64,000 bases of DNA from assembly GCA_013265495.1 (NCBI GenBank), contig MU058636.1, positions 1 through 64,000 of the forward strand, written 5' to 3'. The position numbers were made by a program, and so were the translations under genes. This document shows, one piece after another, positions 46,316 through 57,765 of this stretch. The notes beneath the pieces were generated by a model, which ran no database searches, had not been told where the DNA came from, and worked only from the letters and a program-made list of their open reading frames with translations. Source of the DNA: Vicugna vicugna (taxonomy: Eukaryota). How positions within the stretch are numbered: the stretch's first letter is position 1; every line of letters begins with the position of its first letter.

Positions 46316-48230
46316 AATATGTGGTTTTAAAGAAAATGGGCAGGGCTGGTTATTTTTAGAATGAGAGTTATTTCTAATAACTGGAACTACTAAAGGTTTA
46401 TATGGTTGGTCTGGCTCCTCTCAGAGAGAAAGGAGTGGTGATGTTCAGCAGAGCATAGCTAATGGCTGTTAATGGAAAAGTAAAGTCATTCAATATTGAT
46501 ACTCCAAAGAGTTAAGAGCACTCACTAAATCAGTAACCATGGTGACAAAGGATGGCGTAGGCTATTACTTGCATTACCCTGACATTCGCTTTGTCAGAGC
46601 AATCTCACAAGCAAAAAGGCATTTGTTTCCCTTAAAAGAACGTATACTGTCTCTCTATTAAATGTTGATTGACTTTGTCATAATTGACGAGCACCCACGT
46701 CCCGCGGTCTTTGCGCTCACCCTGCATCCCCACCACTCACATCTCGAGGCACCTTGGGGATGAGCAGGGCTTCTCTGCTGCCCCTTCAGCCACATCGCAC
46801 ATGACGAGACACTGCTGTTTGGTACTTATTATCAAGAGATGTCTCGGCTGCCCATCAGGAAATAAGGCTCTGTGAGCGCAGATCTTGTGAAAATGTAACA
46901 GTGACTAGCAAGTTTTCTTAACCATTGAGACAGGTCTGTCTCTTGTGGTAGTAAAACACATTCTGTCTCTTCCAGAGATCTCGTGACATTAGAAAGTCTA
47001 ATGAACACTTTGCCCCTATGCAGTGTTTCCCGTGCCTTCCAGAGCTTACAAGGAAGGCTTCCAGACCAAAGCCTCCTGGAGAAATTGGTCTTTAGCTTTT
47101 GTGCCTGACGTTAAAGGAAAGCAGACCAGATGGGCTAAAATGGGCACATGGACCGTGAACACTTTCTCATCGACAGGATGATTCATCTTCAAAGTTCTTA
47201 AGCCTCATCAGAACTTAGTCTAAGAAAATCCTGTGTGAATCCGGCCAGCATTTATTTAGGACCGTCTGCTCATCTGCAGTCGCCTGAGCTGCTCTCGTGT
47301 AAATAATCTTGGTATTCCTGAGATGAGTACAAATAATCAACCTTCAAGTACACTCTATAAAAAATGGTATTAACGTTTGTTGAGTGACTGTGTTCCACGC
47401 TTTGCTCTGGTTCTTTTATACATAACCCTCAGCTTAATGAAATTTGGTAATAAGGAAGGAAAAATTCACTTTTCCTGCCAAATCAATTCAATGCATCTGT
47501 GTTCATTAAACAGACAACTAAAACATTGCTCACATGTAACCTATTCCCTTATTTTTTCTTAATATTATTTTAAGCTATCCAAAAATTACCATAAAGGCAT
47601 CAAAACCTAATTGCTGTCTATCCTCCTGATTTTCCCACTGAAGGGCGAGAGAAGAAAACTCCGTGTCTGTCATCTAAAATCTATTAGCAACTACTTTGGC
47701 TAAGCCTTGAAACTAAGACGCTGTGGGTCAGTTACACTGGAGTGAGCTGACATTCGCTTCCTGCCAGGGACAACATCCCCAGATGGAGAGAACTGCTTTC
47801 CTGAACGTAGCCACGGGAAAGACAACATTCACCTCTGCCGCGATCTGAGACTTACGAAGCCAGCGCTAGAAGCTGTATGCTCCAAAGAAGAACTTAGGTT
47901 TGGGGGGTCAGTGGATGTCCTGTGTTTCCTCAGGGAGGTGTCTTTTTAGCTGGCTTGTCTGAATGTGCTGAAGTGGAGAGAATGTTCTTTCTTACTTCTG
48001 GCAGAGATGGACAGAAATCCAGGAAGGAGGTAAATCCTTAATCCCCTCCCAATGCCTCCAGAAAAAGAGATACCGAGACGTTAAAACTAGAAGAGTCCTC
48101 AGAAGCCAGATCACCCACAGCCCTTATTTTACAGACATGGACATGGAAGCAGTGTGAAGGGGACTTTGGTTTAAGCTTTTAGACCCTTTGTCATCTCTGC
48201 TTTCCTCTCTGTCATTTAGAAATGATGCTC

Positions 48231-48661
48231 GTAAAAAAGAATAAAATAACACCATTTGCAGCAACATGCATGGGTCTGGGGATTGTCATACCAAGTGAAG
48301 TCGCTCAGAGACAAATATCATATATCACTTAAATGTGGAATCTTAAAAAAAGACACAAATGAACTTATTCACAAAACAGAAACAGACTCACAGACATAGA
48401 AAACAATTTGTAGTTATGGGGCAGGGAAGTGGGAGGGATAAATTAGGGGTTTGGGATTTGCAGGTAACACTATATATAAAATAGATAAACAAGGCCCTAC
48501 TGTAGAGCACGGGGAACTCTATCCAATACCTTGTGGTGACCTAGAGTGGAAAAGAATATACGTGTGTGTGTGCCTAACTGAATCACTGTGCTGTAACCAG
48601 AGATTAACACAACATTATCTATTAACTATATGCCAATAAGAGATTTTTTTAATTAAAAAAA
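48231..48661 (+). mobile_element. L1 3' end with TSD
   Basis: CCATTTGCAGCAACATG...AAACAGACTCACAGACATAGAAAAC. TSD AGAAATGATGC at 48218-48228 and 48662-48672. Confidence 0.9.
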
Positions 48662-50212
48662 AGAAATGATGCCCAGAAGTTCTGCTGGTGGGAGTGGGAC
48701 TCAAGTCCTCTGAAACTGAGCCGAAGCTAATGCAGAAATGATTTTCTCATGTGTGTGCATGCATGTTCTCATGTATACAGATGATAACAAAACAGCACAG
48801 AACACGAAGAGGGTCTCTGACAGTAAGAGTCAGTGTAGCCCACTTCAAAGGACAACTGATTCTCTCCCCCGGGGCCCTCTAAGGAGCTTTAGGTACTTCA
48901 GGACCAACGGGCATCGTCCCAAATGTAATTTCCATCACTCAGGACCACCTGCCAAGGGAAGACGCCCTCCGGTTCACCATGAGCTTCAGGAATTGCCCAC
49001 TGCAAATGCGAGACAAATACTGGAGCTTTTAAAAATACCACTTAGCTAAGGTGCAGACTTTTAAGGCAGCAGCCATCTGCAGTCTTAATATAAAATGAAA
49101 TTAGGCTTAAAAGAACTTTCCTCCTAGGTGAATTATGATCAATATCTCTATACCAGAGATTTATGGGGAAGACAGCTCTCTTAAATATTCCTAAAGTAGA
49201 AAAGATGCTAAATAATAAGTATATACATTTACATCTATAGGTACTTGTGTGGGCAAATTTATTTAAGATCCTTTGCATTTCTTTTTGAATAGTAATTAGG
49301 TGTATACTTCAATCTATTTATATTAACAAGAAGGGCAGGTGCAATCCTACCGCACAGTGTCTTCCTAGGAGTTAAACTAACTCATAAACTGCCAATGGAA
49401 CAACCCAGTTCACTCTTCCCTTGTCTGAGGAAAAGACTGCTGTCCTTTCCGAGACACCCAACATAGAGAACCCCTCTTACCGAAAGTCTGCATTCGACAG
49501 AGTAGTTCCCAAACTCCAGTTTTCCAGCTTTTGTAGCAAAAGCAAATTTCCAAGCAGTGGATCTTACTCCTCGCTGAAGTGATGGATTTCAGCAGCGTGT
49601 GCAATGCTTATTTTCTGGAATCTGGTGTATAAACACACAGCACTTGGAAACCACAGGAAAAAGGTTTCCCCTATTTCTCTCATTTTGTGATTCAACAGTA
49701 TTGAGTGAAAGACTTACCTGTTACTGTCATCCAATATTTAGTGACTGTTTTTACTGGCAGTGAGTCGTAACCCAGGTTCCGAGTCCATGACTGTGGGGCG
49801 GTAGTGTCTCACTGCTGCCACCTTCTGGAGAGTCCAGTGTCCGCAGTATTGACCAGCCGTTTTTAAAACTCAATTTACCTCCAAATAATTAACCTAACTT
49901 ACTGGGAAAACCAACACGGCTACATTTGTGACTCCAGGTGTGTTTATAGGGGAAAAGCTTGGCTTCCTGAAATATGGGAGGAAAATTATACAGGATTGAT
50001 CATAGAATAGCAGGCACCTTTCCTCCTCTATCCCATGAATGATTCCAGTAGCTCATAAAAGAACCCAACTTGATGTGAAAGTATCTTCCTGTCTCCCCCC
50101 TGCCCTTTGGCCACTTAAATTAGAAATAAGATCAGAGTTCCCCAGATCATTTCCCACCCTGCCTCTGCTTCCATTTCCAAGTATGGGAGCTGAAATTTCC
50201 TTCTGCCTGACA

Positions 50213-50228
50213 GCCACAAGAGGGAGAC
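50213..50228 (+). promoter_or_regulatory. Candidate CTCF site
   Basis: GCCACAAGAGGGAGAC shares the core GCCACAAGAGGG with the site at 5823-5839. Confidence 0.3.
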
Positions 50229-50355
50229 GGTCTCTTTGCCTGAAGACGGCCATGAGTCTGGTCTGATGTTTATAAGGTTGGAGAATTGGTCTTCCACCCG
50301 ATTCTCATGGTGTCGGGGTTATCATGACATCATGACAGGATTCGGTTGTTGAAAT

Positions 50356-50436
50356 TATCATCTTCATCACCATCATCACCTTCATCATCAACATCACCTT
50401 CATCACCATCATCATCACCATCTTCTTCATCACCAT
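50356..50436. repeat. Degenerate (CAT/CAC)n microsatellite
   Basis: TATCATCTTCATCACCATCATCACCTTCATCATCAACATCACC... Confidence 0.9.
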
Positions 50437-51184
50437 ATATTGTTTGTCTAATTCTGGGGGAAAATGACTCCAGATTGGAGGATGGTTTAGAAACTCTCTT
50501 TGCACAAGATACTCCCACAGGAGGAGGTGTGTGTCTGAGTCACGGCCAGCGGGGGAGGCAGATGGGGTGACACCCAGTGCTGGAAGCCTCCATGGGTGCG
50601 GGGTCTCACCACAGGAGAGCCATGCGGTGGGAGGGGAAGAGGACCTCACAGGGGCTGCACCTCAGGGGCTAATGGAGACTTGAAACTAAGGCAAGACTGG
50701 ATGTAAAACTTTGTCTGGAAGAGGATGTTAAGGCAGCGTGTTCTTGAGCTCCCACTTTTCAAAGTTGGAAAAACCTGGGAGCCTGTTACAAGTGAATCCC
50801 AGGTCCCACCCAGACCCACAGAATAAGAGCAGGCCTTTGGGCAAGATCTCCAGGTGGTTCACAGGCACATGCCGGTTTCAGTGGTACTGGTGCAGATCTG
50901 GGGAGAAGGTAGAGCTGAGGGTGGAGATAAGCAGGGGGCAGGGGACGATGCAAACAAGGCGTGAAGGTGCTGATGGAAAGGCTGCCTGGAGGCCGAGGGC
51001 ATCTTGTGCCAAGTGACGTCTTCACTGCTTTTCTGGGATCCTCATCATCTGCAACCATCTGTCTCAGTAACTCTAACGAGAGCTGACACTTAAACGTGGT
51101 GCCAGACACACTTCCAGGCACTCCACCTGAATCACTAATTAGATCCTCACAACAGCCATGAGGTGGTGATTAATATTCTCTCCA

Positions 51185-52059
51185 GAGGGTGTGGAGGAAA
51201 GAGAACCCTTCCACACTGTGGGTAGGAATGTAATTTGGTGCAGCCATTATGGAAAACATTAAAAAACTAAAAATAAATTTACTATATGGCCCAGCAATCC
51301 CACTCCTGGGCATAGATCTGGAGGAAATTCCAACTTGAAAAGATACCTGTACCCCAATGTTCACAGCAGCACTGTTTACACTAGCCAAGGCATGGAAACA
51401 ACCTAAATGTCCATTGACAGATGACTGGATAAAGAAGTTGTGGTGTATTTATACAATGGAATACTACTCAGCCACAAAAAAGAATAAAACAATGCCATTT
51501 GCAGCAACATAATGGACCTGGAGATGGTCACACTAAGTAAAGTAAGCTGGAAAGAGAAAGAAAAATACATGATATCACTTTTATGTGGAATCTAAAAAAA
51601 GGAGGTGTGACACAAATGAACTTATTTACAAAACAGAGAGATTCACAGACACAGAAAACAAACATGGTTACAAAAGGGGAAGAGGGTGGTGGATAAATTG
51701 GGAATTTGGGGTTAACAGATACAAATTACTATAAATAAAATAGATACAAGGAGGGTGTAGCTGAGTGGTAGAGCGCATGCTTAGCAGGCACAAGGCCCCG
51801 GGTTCCAGCCCCAGTTCCTCCATTAAAATAAATAAATAAAAACCCAGTACCTTCCACTCACAAAAATTTTTTTTAAATACAGAAAAAGATGGTAAACAAT
51901 AAGGTCCTACTGTAGAGCACAGGGAAGTATATTCAATATCTTGTAATAAAGCATATTGGGAAAGAATATGGAAAAGAATGTATTTGTGTATAACTGAGCC
52001 ACTATGCTGTACACCAGAAACTAACACAACATTGTAAATCAACTGTACTTCGATAAAAA
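51185..52059 (+). mobile_element. 5'-truncated L1 (ORF2 end and 3' UTR) containing a nested SINE
   Basis: GAGGGTGTGGAGGAAAGAGAACCCTTCCACACTGTGGG...CAACCTAAATGTCCATTGACAGATGACTGG...TGTAAATCAACTGTACTTCGATAAAAA. Confidence 0.9.
51749..51885 (+). mobile_element. tRNA-Ala-derived camelid SINE nested in L1
   Basis: AGGAGGGTGTAGCTGAGTGGTAGAGCGCATGCTTAGCAGGCACAAGGCCCCGGGTTCCAGCCCCAGTTCCTCCATTAAAATAAATAAA. L1 resumes at GATGGTAAACAATAAGGTCCTACTG. Confidence 0.9.
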
Positions 52060-53311
52060 CGTTATCTCCATTCCGCCAATGAGAATAGCGAGGCAGGGAG
52101 GTGACATGTCTCCCCTACGTCCACACAGCCTGCAGCTCCAGACTAGGATTCAAACCCAGGCGCTGCCATCAGGACGCTGGCATTTTCGCCAACTTGTCCT
52201 CAGGCTGCGGAGGAGCTTAAGCTTGGATTTGCTTTTTGTTCCCCTCAGAGTGTTCTGTTTGTCAGTTTAATGCTAACATCCTAACTCCTCCGCACCGAGG
52301 AGAAAGGGGAAAGGACAGGTGCATCCTGGACAACCTCCTCCTCCTCCAGACACAGTGGGTTTCGCTTCACCAGCTGTTGTTTTAAAAACCAGACATTTTC
52401 ACACCAAAAATCTCCCTGCTCACGTTTGATGCTTCCAGCTTGCCAAAGTCCCCACCACTCCCTGCAGCCTTACACCTGGCTGCTTAGTATATCCAGACGC
52501 TGCCTCCCCCTCCACAGGGCATCTCCCCGCTGTGGTCTCCCCCAGTCATCCAGGTCCTGCTTCGAGCCCAGCGCTGTGCCCAGCTCAGGGCTTACTGCCC
52601 TGGGCATCCGTGGGCAGGAGCAAAACCGAGAGCAGGCTGGGAAGCTGGCCCTGGAGGACTGAGCTGAGGAACCAAGGCGGGAATCTCAGACTCATGGAGC
52701 AGACTTCTGTAAAATGACTGTAAATCATGGAGATCCAAAGACAAATCCTTCCTTCAGAGCAAGCAGCTGGGAAGTCCCTCTCCTCGTTGACTCGGGCCCT
52801 GTGTAGTATTCCCTGGAAACGCGCCACATGACATCAAGCAGCTGATTTCTTAATAAGCGAATTCAGTTTCTGCTGTAGCATTCTCTCTCCTTCAGGCACC
52901 ATCTGTGCTTCTGAGTCAATACGAATGGATCCCTTCCAAGACGTTCACAGCCTTGAAAGACGGATGAATATGCTGAAAAGTGCTCCCCCGCCCCCGCGAG
53001 GACCATTCTGCTCCCCGCCCCCGCCCCCGCCGGCGCCGATAAACACCTGCCTGTTCTCCGCCTTCCCCGAGTGTGAGTGAGCACGACACGCACACTTGAC
53101 GTTAAGTCGACTTTCTAAGGGAATGGAGTCGTGCGCTCTCATAGGACCCCACCAGAAAAGCAGCTCCCTGGGACTTACTGATGGAAAGACCGGTCTCTGA
53201 GTTTTCCTCCTGTCAGTTGGAATCGGAATACAGCTGTGATAATTAAAGATTTAATACTACCGGCCTCTGGGAGCCAAGTCCAAAAACAAATCTCCACTTA
53301 AAGCAAGGGAC

Positions 53312-54420
53312 GATTAGGAAAGGGAACCTTAGTACGCTGTTGGTGGGAATGCAAACTGGTGCGGCCATTGTGGACAGCAGTGTGGAGGTTCCTCAGAAAA
53401 CTAACATCAGAACTACTGTATGACCCAGCAATCCCACTCCTGGGCAGAGATCTGAAAACAAAAGCACTCATTTGAAAAGATGCCCGCACCCCAGAGTTCA
53501 CAGCACCGTGGTTTACAGTTGTCAAGGTGGGGAGCCGCCCGAGCGCCCGCCAGCAGACAGCTGCACGAAGAAGACGTGGTGCGTGTGCGCAGAGAGATAC
53601 TGCTCAGCCGTAAGGAAAACATGACATTTTGCCATTGGCGGCAACGTGGATGGACTTACTGGGCGTTGTGCTAAGCGAAGTAAGTCAGACAGAAAAAGAC
53701 AAGCACCGCCTGATACCACTTTTATGTGGAATCTAACAAGTACCGCAGGCTAGTGAATGTAACTAGCCCAGCAGGCCCCTCCCCCTCCCCCACGCCCTCT
53801 GCGGCGGCTCCTCTCTGAAGCACCCGGATCATAGGATCTGATGCCCCTTTCCTGCGTTTTTCAGATGCTGAAACCACCACCAAGTGGGAGATCATGGGCA
53901 TGGCGCGCTCAGGCCTTCTGGCCTCGGAGGGTTGGTAACGCTAATTACCTCGACATCAATCAGAGAACTGCGCGCGCGCTGATCACAGACCCTGCGGCGC
54001 CCCTCCCTCAGCTGGCCTTACAAAATGCTCTGCTGAAAACCTCCAAGGAGTTTGGAGTTTTGGGAGCACGAGCTACCCTTTCTCCTTGCTCAGCCTCACA
54101 ATAAACCTGTCTGCTCCAAACTCCGATGTTTCCGTATTGTTTGGCCTCACTGTGCGTGGGGCACACGACCTTGCATTCAGTGACATAATGAAAAGGAAAC
54201 AGACTCACAGATACAGAGAGCAAGCTAGAGGTTACCAGCGGGGAGGGGGATACAGGAGCAGGAACTGTTGGGTGTAAAACGAGCTCGAGGGTACGTTGTA
54301 CAGCATGGGGAGCGTCGCCAGCATCTTACAGTAACTACAAACGGAGTCCGACCTGCCAAGCGTGAAGCGCTGTGTGGCACACCTGTCACGTATGTAACAC
54401 AATAAAAAATAAAAGTAAGA
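53312..54420 (+). mobile_element. 5'-truncated L1 (strongly GC-shifted), split by an LTR
   Basis: AAAGGGAACC...GCTGTTGGTGGGAATGCAAACTGGTGCGGCC...TATGACCCAGCAATCCCACTCCTGGG. Resumes after the LTR with AAACAGACTCACAGATACAGAG. Confidence 0.9.
53758..54185 (+). mobile_element. ERV1-class solo LTR (family of 32514-32976) nested in L1
   Basis: TGTAAC...CAGATGCTGAAACCACCACCAAG...AATAAACCTGTCTGCTCCAAACTCCGATGTTTC...CAGTGACA. Confidence 0.85.
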
Positions 54421-55436
54421 AGTAATAAAACGAGTGATTGATTCGCTTGCGAGATCTGTGTATGTATGTTAAATACTCTTGCAGCTCTTTCTTTGAACAG
54501 GAGAACTTCCGAAGGGAAAATCAGAGTCGGCCGTCATTTCTGGAAGGAAGAAAAGCGACCCTCTAGCTGTGGGACAGGAGAGCTTTATCGAGCCTGAAAC
54601 ACGAATTCCATCATTTCTGTCTCTCGTGGCCCGTCCTTCACTCCCTCCTACCCCTCCCTTCTGTCTCAGACATATCCTGCTGATGGAGCCGTAAACCTTG
54701 TACTCAGCAGCGTCTCAGGCCATTTCATGTTTTCCTGTTCCGAGTCCCCAAGCTGCAGACGCGCTGCAACCCCTTTCTGCACCTTCATAAACACTAACCA
54801 CCCAATCGCACTGTCCCGGCTCCACCAGCTCCCACCAAGGGCCTCGGCTCACTAGCCGGCTGTCTCTCCTTCCTACTCTGAGTTGCCTAAAAGGACATAG
54901 AAAGGGACCTATGGTTTGTTTCCCTAAGTGACATCACATTAGTCCCTCTGAAAAGGATGGACAGTTTCAAACAATAACAATGATGGTGCAAGATCCTATT
55001 TTTAACATGTCTGTCTCAGGCTTGCTTTGGAACAATGTGTTTTAAATGTACAAGCTAATTCAATCCGAACGACACTTTGAAATCAGTGAGTTCTTCATCA
55101 CCCAGTTCTGAGAAATTTGAATTCTTATGCCCTATTCTAATATTCTTTAGGAATGTATTTTTTATTACTTGCCTTTCCAGGAATCATCATCTTCATCGTC
55201 ATCATTGTCATTCACCCACCTGCACAGCACTTGAGAGTTTCTAAAAGGCTTTTATGAGACTCGTTTCATGGGATCCTTCCCAGCGCCCCATGAACCAGGT
55301 GCTGTGATGTTCACTTCATGGGGAAGAGAGCTGAGCTGCAGTAAGACAAAGGGGTTTACGCGGGACAGTCGGCAAGCAGCGGAGCAGATGTTTGAAACTG
55401 GGCCTCCCTGTGTGCTTTCCTCCAGGGCGGAGTGTT

Positions 55437-55472
55437 GAGAGAGAGACAGAGAGACAGAGACAGAGACAGACA
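55437..55472. repeat. (GAGACA)n microsatellite
   Basis: GAGAGAGAGACAGAGAGACAGAGACAGAGACAGACA. Confidence 0.85.
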
Positions 55473-55775
55473 CTATCAAGAGCTCTGCTCTCAGAATTCC
55501 TGGTGCAAGTCCTGGCCCTGCCACTGGCCACCCAGGGACATGCGGACACTTATGGAACCTCTGTGCTTCCCTCCTCATCGGCAAAATGGAAACAATAACA
55601 TCTACATCAAAGAGAGACTAGAGGGATAAAATCAGAGGACACAGGTAAAGCACACAGAGCGGCCCAGAGAGCAGCGCACGTGGCCCCCTGCCACCCGCCC
55701 GCTGGTGAGCGCCTGGCATCGGCATCCCCGCCAGAGCCGTGAGGCCCGGGGCCCGCGGCTAAACGTCGAGGAAGA

Positions 55776-55940
55776 GGGGGAGGGCAAAGCTCAAGGGTAG
55801 AGCACGTGCTTAACATGCATGAGGTCCTGGGTTCCATCCCCAGCACCTCCATTAAAAATAAATAAACCCAATTACCTCCCCCCAAAGGAAAAAAATGTGA
55901 TAATTATATAAATAAATAAAAGGAGTTTCTATTTTTTAAA
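55776..55940 (+). mobile_element. tRNA-Ala-derived camelid SINE
   Basis: GGGGGAGGGCAAAGCTCAAGGGTAGAGCACGTGCTTAACATGCATGAGGTCCTGGGTTCCATCCCCAGCACCTCCATTAAAAATAAATAAACCCAATTACCTCCCCCC. Confidence 0.9.
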
Positions 55941-56988
55941 AAAATGACGAGGGAAAAAGAAGTCTCAGTGGATATTCTGGATATCCGTTTTCCTTAACTC
56001 TCTTCAAAAAGCCGCCTGGGCTAGAGGTGGCAGTGCTCAGGGTGTCCGCTGCTGAAGAAGCCGGAGGGTGTCCTGCCTGGCGCCCCCCCGCGGGCTGGGA
56101 TCCGCAAGGTCAAGCTGTTCTGTCTCTCCCGGCCTGGCCCGTCATTAGTCAGCGGAATAAAGGAAGACAATGGCTTACATTTCCACTTCAATCTGCCCAC
56201 AAAAAAAGAGTTAAATCTGATAAGGCAAAATGCTAACATATTTCAAAGCTCCCATTACATAATTCAAAGAGAGTTTAGGAGGGGTTTTTTCATTTCTCTT
56301 AAATTATTCATTGCATCAGTCTTTGAAATATTTACAATCCTTTCTCCAGGAGTCGGAGGAGAATGCTGATGGAAAGCTCTCTGTGCAGGGCTGGGAGAGA
56401 TGCTGGGGGTTGGGGGCAGTGGATGTTTTCCTTTTGAGATCCAGGTTTTAGCAAATGGGATTTATTTTATCTAATGTCGTTCTGCAGGGAGAGCCCTTCA
56501 CTCAGCCCAAGCAAACCTGTGAAGACGTGGGAACGTCCTCCCACCACAGACGAGAAGTCGCTCATTAGCAGAACACCGGGGTGCTACTATCCAGGCGCTG
56601 GTGCAGCTGGCACCAGTTCTGAGAGAGGATGATTCATTACCATGGTTACTGATGCCAGAAATATTACCTTCTGCAATCAGCACACACAAAGATCCTTTAA
56701 AGAGAGTGTAAAAATTCGAGCACTGTAAACAATTAGTGAAAGCTGCCAACAGGCACAGAGGCTGCGCTCACACAATGCTGCTCCCAGGACGTGAAAGCGG
56801 GGGTGCACCACTGCTGCACCAGCAAATCTCGCCGAAGGCGGAAAAAGGCTCTCGTGCGCGGGAGAGCGCGGAAGGCCCCCAGCAAACGTTTCTGTGCAAA
56901 TTTGTGACCAGTCAGATGGACCAAGTTAGAACAAGACCTATCAGATGGATCACATTTGAATGATCAAGTTCTGGTTGTTAAGCCCACC

Positions 56989-57765
56989 TTTTTTTTTTTT
57001 TAAGTTTTTTAAAAAATTAATACACTTTATTTTTAGGCTGGTTTTAAGGTCACAGAAAAATTGAGCCAAAGTGCGGAGAGTCCTAATACACCCCCTGCCC
57101 CCGCACACGCACGAACTCCCCCGCTGTCAGCACCCCCACCAGACGGTGCATTGCTTACAACCGACGACCCAGCACGAACTTGTCTCTGTCACCCAGAGTC
57201 CACAGCTCAGGGTTCTCTCTTGGTGTCGTACATTCTGTGGTTTGAGGCAACTATGTAAGGACACGTATGCACCATTTACAGTATTATACAGAGTATTTGC
57301 CATGTGTTAAATTCCTCTGTGCTCCTCCAGTTCACTCCTCCTCACCCTCTAATTCCTGGCAACCACTGGTCTTTTTACTGTCTCCATAGCATTTTCCAGC
57401 ATGTCATACTGTTGAAATCATACAATATGTAGTCTTTTCACACGGGCTTCTTTCATTTAGCACTAAACATTTAAGTTTCCTCTGTGTCTTTTCATGGCTC
57501 GATAGCTCATTTTTCAAGCACTGAATAATATTCCATGGTCTGGATGCATCACCATTTATCCATTCACCTCCTGAAGGACATCCAGGTTGCTTCCGAGTTT
57601 TGACAATTATGAATAAATCTGCTACAAATATCTGTAGGCAGGTTTCCGTGTGGACAGAAGTTTCCAGCTCCTTCGGGTAAACATCAAGGAGCGTGGCCAC
57701 TGGCTCATGTGGCGAGAGGGCGTTTGGTTTTGTCAGAAACTGCCAGCTGCCTTCCATCCTGCAGC
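56989..57765 (-). mobile_element. L1MC-like 3' end
   Basis: Poly(T), ACTTTATTTTTAGG...GTCACAGAAAAATTGAG...CCTGGCAACCACTGGTCTTTTTACTGTCTCCATAG...GAAGGACATCCAGGTTGCTTCC. Confidence 0.85.

Noticed and set aside
50305..50649. Acidic, Ser-rich and Met-rich ORFs
   Set aside because: These are translations of a (CAT)n microsatellite.
51749..51822. tRNA-Ala(AGC)-like sequences here and in five other places
   Set aside because: They have SINE tails, TSDs and disrupted stems, so they are SINEs rather than tRNA genes.
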